Assembly: GCF_001194135.2 (NCBI RefSeq)
Contig: NC_068986.1
Coordinates: forward strand, 95,568,695-95,610,708
Direction: 5' to 3'
Length of the DNA: 42,014 nucleotides
Source: Octopus bimaculoides
Taxonomy: Eukaryota
Shown in pieces: positions 1 to 11,613 of the stretch. Within the stretch, counting starts at the first letter, position 1, and each line of letters starts with the position of its first letter. A program made the translations under genes and the position numbers. Below the pieces are notes generated by a model. That model had not been told where the DNA came from. It searched no databases and saw nothing but the letters and a program-made list of their open reading frames with translations.

Positions 1-72
<72 letters not shown>
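1..72 (+). repeat. (TG)n microsatellite
   Basis: Pure TG run at the start of the window. Confidence 0.99.
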
Positions 73-75
<3 letters not shown>

Positions 76-392
76 CTTTGGGAATGGTGGATTTGGAAGC
101 AGATAAAGCTTTTGTGTAGAAAACGCCGACGGCTGCTGGTGGGACTCGAAACCATATCTCCTATAAACATAACAAGTGTTCTACTTTTGGACCAAAGCAA
201 TCCTTCTAATTTCTCTACCCATTATAGGGACTTTATTGTTATAAGCTTCATGTTATATTTTTGTAGCTTTATCTGTTTTGAGATCCACTGCTCTAAAATA
301 GTATTACTTCACGTTCTCTCGAATTCTTATGACGTCATTCAATCAATCAATCAATACATACATACATACATACATACATGCATACATATATA

Positions 393-557
393 NNNNNNNN
401 NNNNNNNNNNNNNNNNNNNNNNNNNNNNNNNNNNNNNNNNNNNNNNNNNNNNNNNNNNNNNNNNNNNNNNNNNNNNNNNNNNNNNNNNNNNNNNNNNNNN
501 NNNNNNNNNNNNNNNNNNNNNNNNNNNNNNNNNNNNNNNNNNNNNNNNNNNNNNNNN
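393..557. other. Assembly gap (others at 2405-3371, 9126-9222, 15632-16104, 17185-17741, 20758-21220)
   Basis: Runs of N, mostly flanked by microsatellites or interspersed repeats. Confidence 0.99.
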
Positions 558-1169
558 GGGACCATCGCAGGTGATGGTTTCCCCATAGCTAGAACATATT
601 CATTGAGCCACACTCATTTTGTCTCCCGCCTTTCATTAAATCTACTGGAAGACAACAATTTTATCTCCTTCCTCAAACTGTCTTAAAACCTCTCAACCGT
701 ATCCATCACACAACTATCTTTACCATGGATACCAGCAGTGGCAGACTAGGTCTAAAAATATTGGTTGCCAGGAGACTTAGGGGGCCCACCCGCAACTACA
801 ATGTTATCATTTAATTTGTTTTGTTTTTTTTTGTTTTTTGTTAAAAGTATTCTTTTCAACTGTCTACAAACACAGCCAGGCTGAAATAATTAATGCATTC
901 TTCCAGGATTGAATAAAGAAATTCTCAAACTTGAGGGGATGGACCTCTTAGATACTAACATGGGCCCCCGGGGCTTCCTTGAAAAATGTTTTGTTTTCTT
1001 TTGAAAAAAAATTTTCGGATTCCTACGTTTAAGATGTCGGAGATTACGAGTATGCAAAAAAGAAATTCAACAATGATTAGACAAGTTGTATCAAATTAAT
1101 GGTATAACATGAAGATACAATTTCCCAAAAACCGTGAATAAAAATACGAAAAAACTTTTGACTCAACCT

Positions 1170-1470
1170 GATAGAAGGCTTTTGACAATATTCACTGCAC
1201 TCGAATCATGAAAACATTAAATGTGAGTACAGTAACACTAGTAAATGAGTAAATGGTTAACAGTTTTACGGATACAGACAAAAGAAGGAATTACACAAAC
1301 TAAGCTTATCTCTATTAAAAAGAGAAATATTTCAAGAACTTTTTCTTTCTGCTTGGTGTCAATACCTTTAATGACATACTAAATTAGACTGGAATCGGAT
1401 ACAAATGCTTCCAGAAGGCAATCAACTATCTTTTGTATATGGATGACGTCAGGTTATAAACCGCAGACGA
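1170..1470 (+). mobile_element. Degenerate non-LTR retrotransposon RT fragment (R4/Dong-like)
   Basis: Frameshifted motifs occur in RT order: KAFDNIH (aag gct ttt gac at 1175-1186), REIFQ (about 1321), FCLVSIPL, then INYLLYMDDVRL (YMDD at 1436-1447). The clade assignment is from remembered consensus motifs. Confidence 0.6.
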
Positions 1471-2020
1471 TAACTAGTGCAATGATTTTTCTCTACCACT
1501 TTGTCTAGTTTTGCTCAGCTATTTGGCCATGGCTGGGTCTTTGTTGCCATAGTTTTAGCGTGGTATTCTATATCTCCAATTTCAGCTTAAATTAAAGCTT
1601 TCCGACATTTTTGTTTGTATGTTTTTCTTTTTTGTCATTTTTTTTTATTTTGTTTGTTTATTTTTATTTTATTTTTTTTGTTCTTTCTCCTTACCAATGT
1701 CAATGTCTTTTGTCTCTGCTTTGTACTTGTTGGCTTCCTTGAAGACACCATGTGTAGGTGTACATTGGATAAACACAATGTGTAAATGATAGATGGATAA
1801 ACACAGTGTGTAAATAATAGATAAACACAATGCGTAGATGTTAACTGGATTCACTTAATGTGAAGATATCTGTTCCTACTTCACAAAAATATCGGCAGGT
1901 GTTTATGAAATATTCTACATATCATTCGTTCTCTTGACAGAAAACTGATTTCAAGAGAAATACAATCGCATAGAGTCTGACAATGTAAATAAATAAAGTT
2001 GTATTAATATCTCCTGCACT

Positions 2021-2395
2021 GTAGTGGTGGTTAGGGCAGCGGACTCACGGTCATAGGATCGCGGTTTCGATTCCCATACCGGGCGTTGTGAGTGTTTATT
2101 GAGCGAAAACACCTAAAGCTCCATGAAACTCCGGCAGGGATGGTGGCGAACCCTGCTGTACTCTTTCACCACAACTTTCTCTCACTCTTACTTCCTGTTT
2201 CTGTTGTGTTTGTAATTCAAAGGGTCTGCCTTGTCACACTGTGTCACGCTGAATATCCCCGAGAACCACGTTAAGGGTACACGTGTCTGTGGAGTGCTCA
2301 GCCACTTGCACGTTAATTCCACGAGCAGGCCGTTCCGTTGGTCGGATCAACTGGAACCCTCGACATCGTAAGCGACGGAGTGCCAACAACAGCAC
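2021..2395 (+). mobile_element. tRNA-headed SINE, family 'C'
   Basis: A/B-box-like head (gtggttagggcagc...ggtttcgattcc); nearly identical to 14594-14970. Confidence 0.85.
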
Positions 2396-3371
2396 TGTGA
2401 TATANNNNNNNNNNNNNNNNNNNNNNNNNNNNNNNNNNNNNNNNNNNNNNNNNNNNNNNNNNNNNNNNNNNNNNNNNNNNNNNNNNNNNNNNNNNNNNNN
2501 NNNNNNNNNNNNNNNNNNNNNNNNNNNNNNNNNNNNNNNNNNNNNNNNNNNNNNNNNNNNNNNNNNNNNNNNNNNNNNNNNNNNNNNNNNNNNNNNNNNN
2601 NNNNNNNNNNNNNNNNNNNNNNNNNNNNNNNNNNNNNNNNNNNNNNNNNNNNNNNNNNNNNNNNNNNNNNNNNNNNNNNNNNNNNNNNNNNNNNNNNNNN
2701 NNNNNNNNNNNNNNNNNNNNNNNNNNNNNNNNNNNNNNNNNNNNNNNNNNNNNNNNNNNNNNNNNNNNNNNNNNNNNNNNNNNNNNNNNNNNNNNNNNNN
2801 NNNNNNNNNNNNNNNNNNNNNNNNNNNNNNNNNNNNNNNNNNNNNNNNNNNNNNNNNNNNNNNNNNNNNNNNNNNNNNNNNNNNNNNNNNNNNNNNNNNN
2901 NNNNNNNNNNNNNNNNNNNNNNNNNNNNNNNNNNNNNNNNNNNNNNNNNNNNNNNNNNNNNNNNNNNNNNNNNNNNNNNNNNNNNNNNNNNNNNNNNNNN
3001 NNNNNNNNNNNNNNNNNNNNNNNNNNNNNNNNNNNNNNNNNNNNNNNNNNNNNNNNNNNNNNNNNNNNNNNNNNNNNNNNNNNNNNNNNNNNNNNNNNNN
3101 NNNNNNNNNNNNNNNNNNNNNNNNNNNNNNNNNNNNNNNNNNNNNNNNNNNNNNNNNNNNNNNNNNNNNNNNNNNNNNNNNNNNNNNNNNNNNNNNNNNN
3201 NNNNNNNNNNNNNNNNNNNNNNNNNNNNNNNNNNNNNNNNNNNNNNNNNNNNNNNNNNNNNNNNNNNNNNNNNNNNNNNNNNNNNNNNNNNNNNNNNNNN
3301 NNNNNNNNNNNNNNNNNNNNNNNNNNNNNNNNNNNNNNNNNNNNNNNNNNNNNNNNNNNNNNNNNNNNNNN

Positions 3372-3411
<40 letters not shown>

Positions 3412-4614
3412 ACGCACTTGTGTATTTGACTTGTCATTTCGTATTGAGATCCATATCAGATGTCTTAAACACTGTATAACACTTATCCAAATATGCTTCA
3501 CAGCCATATCACGGTATGCATGTATGCATTATTCTGTATGTCTGTATGTATATATGTACCTATGTACGTTTATGTATTCAAGATTATATATTAATAACAA
3601 ACTGATACTGAAAGCTTGAATTATTTAGTCTCAAGTATGCCTTCACGTTTCGAGTTCAAATTCAGTAGAGATCAAACTTGCCTTTTTTTTATCCTAATGA
3701 GAGTTGATAAAATAATACGGGTTGATAATCTAAAGTAAAAATCTCCGTTAAAAACCTTACACCTTTCGGTATCAACGCGCTTGAAACCGCCTATTGTTCT
3801 AAGAAGGAAACTTATTTTAAAGTGATCTACGTACATTAAGTCTCAATCAAAATTTCCCACTAATTTATGTTCCAAACACCATTTTAATAATCCTAAATTA
3901 TCCTTAATAATTCTACTATAGGCACAAAACCTAAAATGTTGCAGAAGAGGATTAGTCGATTACACCATTCCCGGTGTTTCACTGGTATTTATTGTATCCA
4001 CCCTGAAAGAATGAAAGACAAAGTCGACCTCGACGAAATTTGAGTAACACTATCTTAATAATAACAAAGTTATTTTACGAAATTCTTCGTTATTTTCAAA
4101 GTTAATTGAAGCAAAGGCAGTGTGTGCTAACAGAAAAATGGTAACGAAAAGGCTAAAGACAATCCAGTCTAATGACTAGATTTATTATATTCCTACAATA
4201 AGCATTGCTACTACGTCTTCATCTTGAGTTCAAAACACACTCTCTTCCTTCAAGGGATCGATAAAATTAGATAACAATGACATTTCGAGATTGATTCAAT
4301 CGACAATATTCTTTTCTAAACGCAGTGTTGTTTCCTGTCCGGGTCAAAAGAAAACTATAGATTTAGGTCACTGAATATACAATATCATTAATGAAACATC
4401 TAAAACAACTTAACATGAAACCAGACAAACCTGTTATAGAGAAATATAAAAAAAAGGAAAAACATTGATGACACGACGATGACATTGTCAATAAAGACAA
4501 ATAGAAAAAACGGGTCTACTACCCCGTGCAACACGTTGGGATTGTCAATGATAGCGAGAATGATGCGGTGGGATCTTAGTGCAGAGATTTTATTGAGCCG
4601 TTAGGTGAATGATT

Positions 4615-4980
4615 TGGCGCAGGTGTTGCTGTGTAACCACCTGGATCCGGGTTCTTTTTCAGCGCCTGGAACTTTGGGGCTGGTGACCAAAGCCTTGTGA
4701 GTGGGTTTGATAGATGGAAACTGAAAGAAGCCCGTCGTATATATGTATGTGTGTGTGTGTCTGTATATATCTATGTCTGTGTCTTTGTGTAAGTGTTTGT
4801 CCCCCACCACCACTTGACAACCGGTGTTGTTGTGTTTACGTCCACGTAACTTAGTGGCACGGCGGAAAAAACCGATAGAAAAAGTACTGGGGTCGATTTA
4901 TTGCACTAAACCTTTCGAGGTGGTGCCCCCACCCCCAGTGTGGCTGCAGTCTAATGACTGAAACAATTAGAAGGTAAAAG
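4615..4980 (+). mobile_element. SINE family 'B' (tRNA-like head, central microsatellite)
   Basis: Shares gccttgtgagtgg...aactgaaagaagcccgtcg and the cttgacaacc...aatgactgaaac tail with the 15268 and 18058 copies. Confidence 0.8.
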
Positions 4981-5075
4981 ATACATACATACATACATAC
5001 ATACATACATACATACATACATACATACGTATTACGTACGTACGTATGCGTGCGTGCGTGCGTGCGTGCGTGTGT
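4981..5075 (+). repeat. Compound (ATAC)n/(ACGT)n/(GCGT)n microsatellite; (GGAT)n follows at 5161-5208
   Basis: Read directly. Confidence 0.95.
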
Positions 5076-6224
5076 TTAGTTCAAAATTGTACAAAAAACA
5101 AAAACAGAAGATAGGAACAGGTGAGGGAACAACAAAGTGTATTAGTTTCATGGTCAGTTTATGGATGGGTGGATGGATGGATGGATGGATGGATGGATGG
5201 ATGGGTGGATATGAAAAGATTAGATCTAAGGATCAAGGTGTACGAAGCTAGTGAGCTTCAAGCAATCCGTAGAAGATATAAAATAAAACAACTTTCAGGA
5301 ACATTTGTAGTTTATCGACGCAGAAAGTTAATTTTATAGTTCACGGTTAGCAACTGGGGTTGTTATGCGAATAAACATTCAAAAATTAGGGAATGGAGTA
5401 GGTAAAATCCAGGTTAATTCCCAATGAGTTAACACGAAATCTCCCAGCGACAGTATAAACTTCTTATAATCAAAGTATCCTTGGCCCGAAAAGCAGCTTT
5501 CGTTCTACCCATCGTTTCGATAATTGACCACCTCAGAGCTTCTGCTAACTATGAAACACATGTAGCCTGGATTTTATCTATAATACTCTTAGCTTAGTTT
5601 TTCCTTGGGGCTGGCCAGATTGGAGCAATCTCGAGTATAATCAGCTGAGATTGCGACGATAATCTGGAACTCGACTGATGAAAGAAAACTCCGAATGACC
5701 CGTCCTTGTTTTCTTTGTATCGTCTGTATAGATGTTTTGTTGTCCTTCTTTGTATCACCTAACTGTCCGGATGTTTTGCGTTCTTGTCCCATTTTGTATT
5801 TTATATGTATATATATAAACTACGTGCAAGCTAGTATAGCTTAGTGATATACATCATTCTTTCTCTAATTCTTAAACGGAGTCTATATAGTTGTGAGTGG
5901 ACTTAGAGTCGCTCTCGACCTTCCCATTCTTGACCCAGCGGAACGACCACGATGTCACAGCGGGAAAGAGAAGGGGCTACATTAACATCCGACTGGTACT
6001 CATATCAGCTGAGTAAACTGCAGCAAAGTGAAATGAAGGGCCTTGCTCTATGACACAACGTGCCTCCCGGGCCAAAAAGCGAACACATCATTTTATCGTG
6101 AGCCTTACACCCTATCCACTTAGCTACGAACCTACATATGTGTGTATGCACCTGTGTGTGTGTGTGTACGAGTGTAGGTATAAGTGTGTGCGTGTGTCAT
6201 TTTACCTGGTTCAACTATTAGACT

Positions 6225-7365
6225 ACGGCCATGCTGGGGTACCACCTTGAATTTTATAGTCGAATGAATCGACCCAGTACTTATTTTTTAAGCTTGGTAC
6301 TTATTCTATCGTTCTCTTTTGCCGTGCCACTAAGTTACGGGGACGTAAACACACCAACATCGATTGTCAAGTGGTGATGGGGAGACAAACACAGACACTC
6401 ACACATAGATATATCAGTGGCGACTCCGGCACTTGGGTTGTTCGAGCTTAGCCCGAATATAAATTTAGTAAAGTGAAACGCGTATTTACAAGCTGATTTA
6501 ATTTCTGCCAACACTAACTTCAAGTATGTAATTGTAGCCAGTAACTTGGGCTCTTTTTATTGAGCCTGGTCGCAGTTTATTTATTTTCGTTCAGCGTCTG
6601 GTGGTCGTCTTAGAGGTGCCCTGTGTCAAAAAATATCATTCGTAGCAGACCTTCTCTCGACATCGTTCACATGCACCTGACTCGGACTCAGAAGTTACAG
6701 CCCGAGTTGTTATCTATAATCGTAAAAATTAAAAGTAATTCAAATTCAATGTTTCCTTGAAACAATAAATTTCTATAGAGATTAGGATCTGTATTCCAAT
6801 CTATGAAAAGTTTCTGTTTTACAGCATTCTTAAAGGAACGAAAAATTATTCAACAACGAACGAGCCTGGGAGGTGTAAAATACTAACTGGCATCTCTTGT
6901 CAAGAGTAAGGCGACAGATCGCTAATGTTTGTTGTGCACTCTGCTGTCGTTATTTGATTGTTGTTATTCTGTGCGTCTATATGTAAAGAGCAGTTGTGTT
7001 TTGCAGAGTTGCTTTATTTTTGCCCTTAACTTAGAAATAGAGAAAGACATAGTGCCAGATATAAAAAAAATAATAAGCCATTTGGGGCTAGAAATAAGAC
7101 GAAAAAATGTGAAATTCTTCGAGCGGGCATATGCCTTATGCGAAATCTGTTATGAGCCCGAATGACGTTGATCACCTGGAGTCGCCTCTGATATATATAT
7201 ATACATATATAATCAACGGGCTTCCTTTCGCTTCCGTCTACTAAATCCACTCACAAGGCTTTGGTAGACCCGAGGATATAATAGAAGACACTTGCCCAAG
7301 GTGCCATGCTGTGGGAGTGAACCCGTAACCACGTGGTTGGAGAAACAAGCTTCTTACCACACAGC
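6225..7365 (-). mobile_element. SINE family 'B' split in two by a DNA transposon
   Basis: The 3' half lies at about 6225-6414 and the 5' half at about 7191-7365, both on minus, joining at the central TA microsatellite. Confidence 0.75.
6415..7190. mobile_element. Non-autonomous hAT-like DNA transposon (776 bp)
   Basis: TIRs cagtggcgactccgg (6415) and cctggagtcgcctctg (ending 7190). Flanks agatatat/atatatat match 7 of 8, a candidate 8-bp TSD. Subterminal agcccgaat occurs near both ends. Confidence 0.7.
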
Positions 7366-7371
7366 ATATAT

Positions 7372-8090
7372 ATGTGGTCATCAAGTATGAAAATTGTAGA
7401 AAAGAAAAAAAAATTTTGTTAAGTTTTATAAATACAAGAAATAGTTTTATTCATCAAAGTATGCAACCATATTATCAATACACTTTTGCCATTTCAGCGG
7501 TAGCTTGTCCAACCCGGAACTGTAAAAGCCTGGCAATCTAGAGTCAATAAAATCTTGGAAGGCCTGTTTTACAGCATCGTCGGAATTAAATTTTTTTCCT
7601 ATCAAAAAATTATCCAAATTCTGGAAGAAGTGGTAGTCAGTGAGGGCAAGATCAGGTGAGTAAGGTGAATGATGGAGAACTCCTGTAGTTTCGCCAATGT
7701 CATTTTTGCGATGTGTGGTCTGGCGTTGTCTTGCAATAAAATAGGAGTGGATCTGTTGACTAATCTAGGCTGGGGGTTTTTTGGGGTTTTTTTGTAAGTT
7801 TCTGCATGATTTGGTCCAGTTGGCTGCAGTATACTTAGGCCGTGATTGATGAGCCAGGTTTAATGAAATCATAATGGATCACACCTGCGCCAGACCGCCA
7901 AACACACACCATCAGCTTCTTTTGATGAATTTTGCTTTTTGGTCTGTGTTTTGGTGGCTCGTCTTTGTCCAACCATTGTGCTGAACCTTTACAGTTGTTG
8001 TAGTGGATCCATTTCTCATCACATGTTACAATTCGACTCAAAAATTATTCATTTTTGTGACGAGAAAGTAGCATAATGCAGGCACTGCTT
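7372..8090 (-). mobile_element. Mariner (DD34D) transposase relic, 3' half
   Basis: Minus-strand translation gives ...FLSRIVTCDEKWIHYNN...KKLMVCVW..., then YSPDLALTDYHFFQNLDNFL...KWQKCIDNMVAYFDE* (stop at 7447-7449). It carries an internal stop and a deletion. Confidence 0.9.
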
Positions 8091-8092
8091 GT

Positions 8093-8142
8093 GTATGTAT
8101 GTATGTATGTATGTATGTATGTATGTATGTATGTATGTATGC
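8093..8142 (+). repeat. (GTAT)n microsatellite
   Basis: Read directly. Confidence 0.95.
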
Positions 8143-8457
8143 ATACGTGGATGGATAGATGCTTTATGTTTTTTTTGTTTTTGTTTTTACGTATTCCTTA
8201 TTTAGTTAAGACAATCGGGTGAGATTTCAGGAATATTTAGCTGCTAATTCTAGCAGATCGAGCAACCACTAAGCTCCCTCATTTTGTTGATTGTAGTATG
8301 AAAGTAACTTCTGAATAGTTACATTAGAGTGAAGGGAGATAATAGAATAGGCATTTAGAGTTATTTCCCTTGTCTTGCATCATGCCTTTGGTGTCATGTC
8401 TTGTGTATGTGTAAGAACGATATAAACAAAACTGACCAAACGAAGCCAACTACCAAG

Positions 8458-9037
8458 ATGACGACACCAGAATGGTCGCATTGTCCACAATGTCTGCAAT
8501 GTCCACTTCGACAAGCTTCAGAGTCTACATCAGCCAAGTCTGAGTCCGGTTTCGTTGCCGCTATTCTTGTCTGGCTCAACAAACCCCACGTTGTCAACCG
8601 ACGCTTGATCGGTTCACGGTTGATCGCCACATTTTCTTACCCTCGTATTAAGACGAGGGAAGAAACCCGAAAATTCCTGGATACTGTAAAGAACAGATTC
8701 GTCCATTCAACACGCTGGACTGGCGAATCCTCTGTTCAAAGAGGCATTGAAAAACGGCAAGACAATGTTGATTTTACGAACGAAGAGGCTGTGGGAATTG
8801 AACATCATACGAACGAAAACAATGTTACATGGGAGAAAAGTAAACACTTTACAGAAAAAGATGTTACACGTGGATTAAATGGGCACCATTCAAATGACGA
8901 TAATGTTGAAGATCATTTCACCGATGTGCAGATCGAAGACCTTATCACGTCCCCGGAAGATCTGGTTGTTTTCGTTCGGGACTTGCTACCGAGAAATCTG
9001 GATTTACATCAAATCCTACGGGAAGTGATTACCTACG
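8458..9037 (+). CDS. TRMT44: tRNA (uracil-O(2)-)-methyltransferase, exon 1 of 11 (alternative in-frame ATG at 8407)
   Basis: ATG in ccaagATG context, open frame, donor g|gtaagt at 9038 (phase 1). N-terminal motif WLNKPHVVNRRL; splices in frame to the diagnostic downstream exons. Confidence 0.85.
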
Positions 9038-9078
9038 GTAAGTGAACAATTAACTGTAAAGCAACCCTTACTTCGAAT

Positions 9079-9082
<4 letters not shown>

Positions 9083-9125
<43 letters not shown>

Positions 9126-9222
9126 NNNNNNNNNNNNNNNNNNNNNNNNNNNNNNNNNNNNNNNNNNNNNNNNNNNNNNNNNNNNNNNNNNNNNNNNNNN
9201 NNNNNNNNNNNNNNNNNNNNNN

Positions 9223-9266
<44 letters not shown>
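9083..9266 (+). repeat. (CT)n microsatellite spanning a gap in TRMT44 intron 1
   Basis: Read directly. Confidence 0.95.
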
Positions 9267-9271
<5 letters not shown>

Positions 9272-9322
9272 AGCATTACGAGTTACCTCTTATGTAAGAA
9301 TGTTTTTCTCATCTGTTTTCAG

Positions 9323-9446
9323 ATCAACAACATCAAGAATTCCATTTTTATCCAATTGCCCGGTTTGATAAAGAAGGTGCTTGCCTCTCTGTTGACAATG
9401 ATATGCCATACAGTTTCATGTTTTTGGCATCAGACTCAGGCAACAG
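9323..9446 (+). CDS. TRMT44: TRMT44 exon 2
   Basis: Acceptor ttttcag| at 9322; DQQHQEFHFYPIARFDKEG...SDSGN; donor ag|gtaaca (phase 1 to 2), matching both neighbours. Confidence 0.85.
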
Positions 9447-10207
9447 GTAACAAAGTATATGTTGTTATTGTTGTTGTTGTACCAGATAAAGTCTTCTTCA
9501 TCTAGCCCAAGCCATCCAAGAAGCTAACTGAATTCCATGGAGAACCACAGATCCCACATGTTGGATAGTAGAGTAAAAGAAACCTGGTTTGTCAGCTTGA
9601 TATATAGTCTATTATTCTACAATCTAACCAGTCTTTTTTGTGGGACAAGTTCACCTTGGGTGTGTTTGAAGCACACTTCATTAGCAAATGTTATTGTGCC
9701 TTTGTTGGAATAATAAACATAACCACAGTAAACAAATGAGCAAAATTCTGTGTTGTCAACAAAATCATGATCTAGTTGTACACTTTTAATGATCAGTAGA
9801 ATAAGAAAACTCCCTTCAAAAACAGGTATGGGTTAATGACAGAAAAGGCATCCATCTGTTAAACAATTACTCAGTAATATGTATTCATCCAGCCCTTGCA
9901 GGCATGAAAAAAAATAGATGTAAAGTAGATGAATAAACAAGGTCATAGGCAGAGCTTATCCCAGTCTTTTGGAGCATTTAAGCAACTTGGTGAGCATGAC
10001 TACCCCTTGAACAGGACGACAAGTCATTGCAAGTTTCACACCTCCAGCAGTCACTGGTACTCATTTTTCAGCTGAGTGAACTGGAGCAATGTGAAATGAA
10101 GTGCCACCGAGTTCGGGAATTGAACCCACTATCTTATATTCACAAGTTCAACATCCTAACAACTACACTAAGCACCTTCACATACATTCACACTCATGCC
10201 CACATTA

Positions 10208-10490
10208 TTTAGCCCTTTTGCTACCATATTTCTGTGGAAATATGGTAGCAAACCTAGTCATTGAAATACAATGACTAGATTTCAATTAATTTTGAAGATA
10301 ATGAAAAATTTAGTAAAATAACGTTATCATTATTAAGTTGGTGCTTGGAACATAAACTAACATAAAATTGTAATGAGAAATTTTAATTTCACTTTAAAAC
10401 ATGAAGTTGATATCCTTAGAACCAGGTGCTGTCCTCAGTGAGTTGATATCAGAAGAGCTAAATATCAATAATTCTGCAACAACAACCATA
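10208..10490 (+). repeat. Interspersed repeat family 'E' (second copy at about 13210-13365)
   Basis: Shared tttagtaaaataac..tcattattaag.tggtg..tggaaca block in both copies. Confidence 0.65.
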
Positions 10491-10581
10491 TAGTATAATC
10501 GCCTGCATGTAATAATGTTGGTCAAACATTAGGAATCTTTTGAGCTCATTCAAGCTTTCGATTTTGTCATTTTCTTCCCAT

Positions 10582-10728
10582 TTGGCGTTAGGAAGGGCAT
10601 CCAGCTGTAGAAACTCTGCCAGATCAGATTGGAACCTGGTGCAGCCTTCTGGCTTGCCAGTCCTCAGTCAAATCGTCCAACCCATGCTAGCATGGAAAGC
10701 GGACGTTAAACGATGATGATGATGATGA
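10582..10728 (+). mobile_element. RTE-type retroposon 3' tail (family 'A') ending in (GAT)n
   Basis: ttggcgttaggaagggcatccagctgtagaaac...gcggacgttaaacgatgatgatg. Confidence 0.85.
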
Positions 10729-10932
10729 AGATCATAATATATGGAGTGTCAAGTATTATTACTACAGAAAGCAGTTTTATATACCAATCTATCTTTTGTT
10801 GCGGAAAGACATATTTGAAACTATTTACTGAAGCAATGTAACTTTCAGAAAATGCCAATTTGATTTTTTTGGTAGATATTTAACATCATTACTGAAATAA
10901 CCATGCAATTTAATTTCACTGTTTAAGGGTGT

Positions 10933-11290
10933 TCATCATCATCATCATCATCATCGTTTAACATCCGCTTTCCATGCTAGCATGGGTTGGACGATTTGAC
11001 TGAGGACTGGTGAACCAGATGGCTGCAACAGGCTCCAATCTGATTTGGCAGAGTTTCTACAGCTGGATGCCCTTCCTAACGCCAACCACTCCGAGAGTGT
11101 AGTGGGTGCTTTTACGTGCCACCAGCACAAAGGCCAATCAGGCGGTACTAGCAACAGCCATGCTTGAAATGGTGTATCTTACATGCCACCTGCACAGGAG
11201 CCAGTCCAGCGGCACTGACAACGATCTCGCTCAAATGTCTTACACGTGCCATCGTCACAAGTGCCAGGAAGGCGATGCTAGGCACCGGTG
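10933..11290 (-). mobile_element. Family 'A' RTE-type tail, inverted relative to 10582-10728
   Basis: Reverse complement has about 8 mismatches in about 145 bp against the 10582 copy. Confidence 0.85.
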
Positions 11291-11396
11291 TTATAGAATA
11301 AAATGTAGAAATTTTAATGTTATTGATGATATTATTGACAATTTATTTATTAATTTCTTTTTGGTTCTTTCCCTTTGTTTTTCTTCTACGATCCAG

Positions 11397-11613
11397 GATT
11401 GAACTTAAAATCTGCAAAGCTATAAAAGATGATCCTTCACTGGCTTCAATGACTTATTTCTGGTTAGAGAAGCGTCTCTTATGTAAAGTAGCTCGCTGGT
11501 CTGGAGCAGAAACCTTGCGTACTGATACATTGTCACTCAGAACTGTATCAGTTGAAGCCTACAACCAGCTCTACAACCAACTAAAAGCTAAATATGGTCC
11601 TAAGCTGATTGAG
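11397..11613 (+). CDS. TRMT44: TRMT44 exon 3
   Basis: Long pyrimidine tract plus ccag|; RIELKICK...YNQLYNQLKAKYGPKLIE; donor gag|gtaaga (phase 2 to 0). Confidence 0.92.

Noticed and set aside
558-735. Minus-strand peptide weakly resembling a LINE ORF2 C-terminus
   Set aside because: It has no diagnostic motif and contains two stops.
736-1100. cagtggcagactagg as the left TIR of a hAT element
   Set aside because: No matching right TIR or TSD found.
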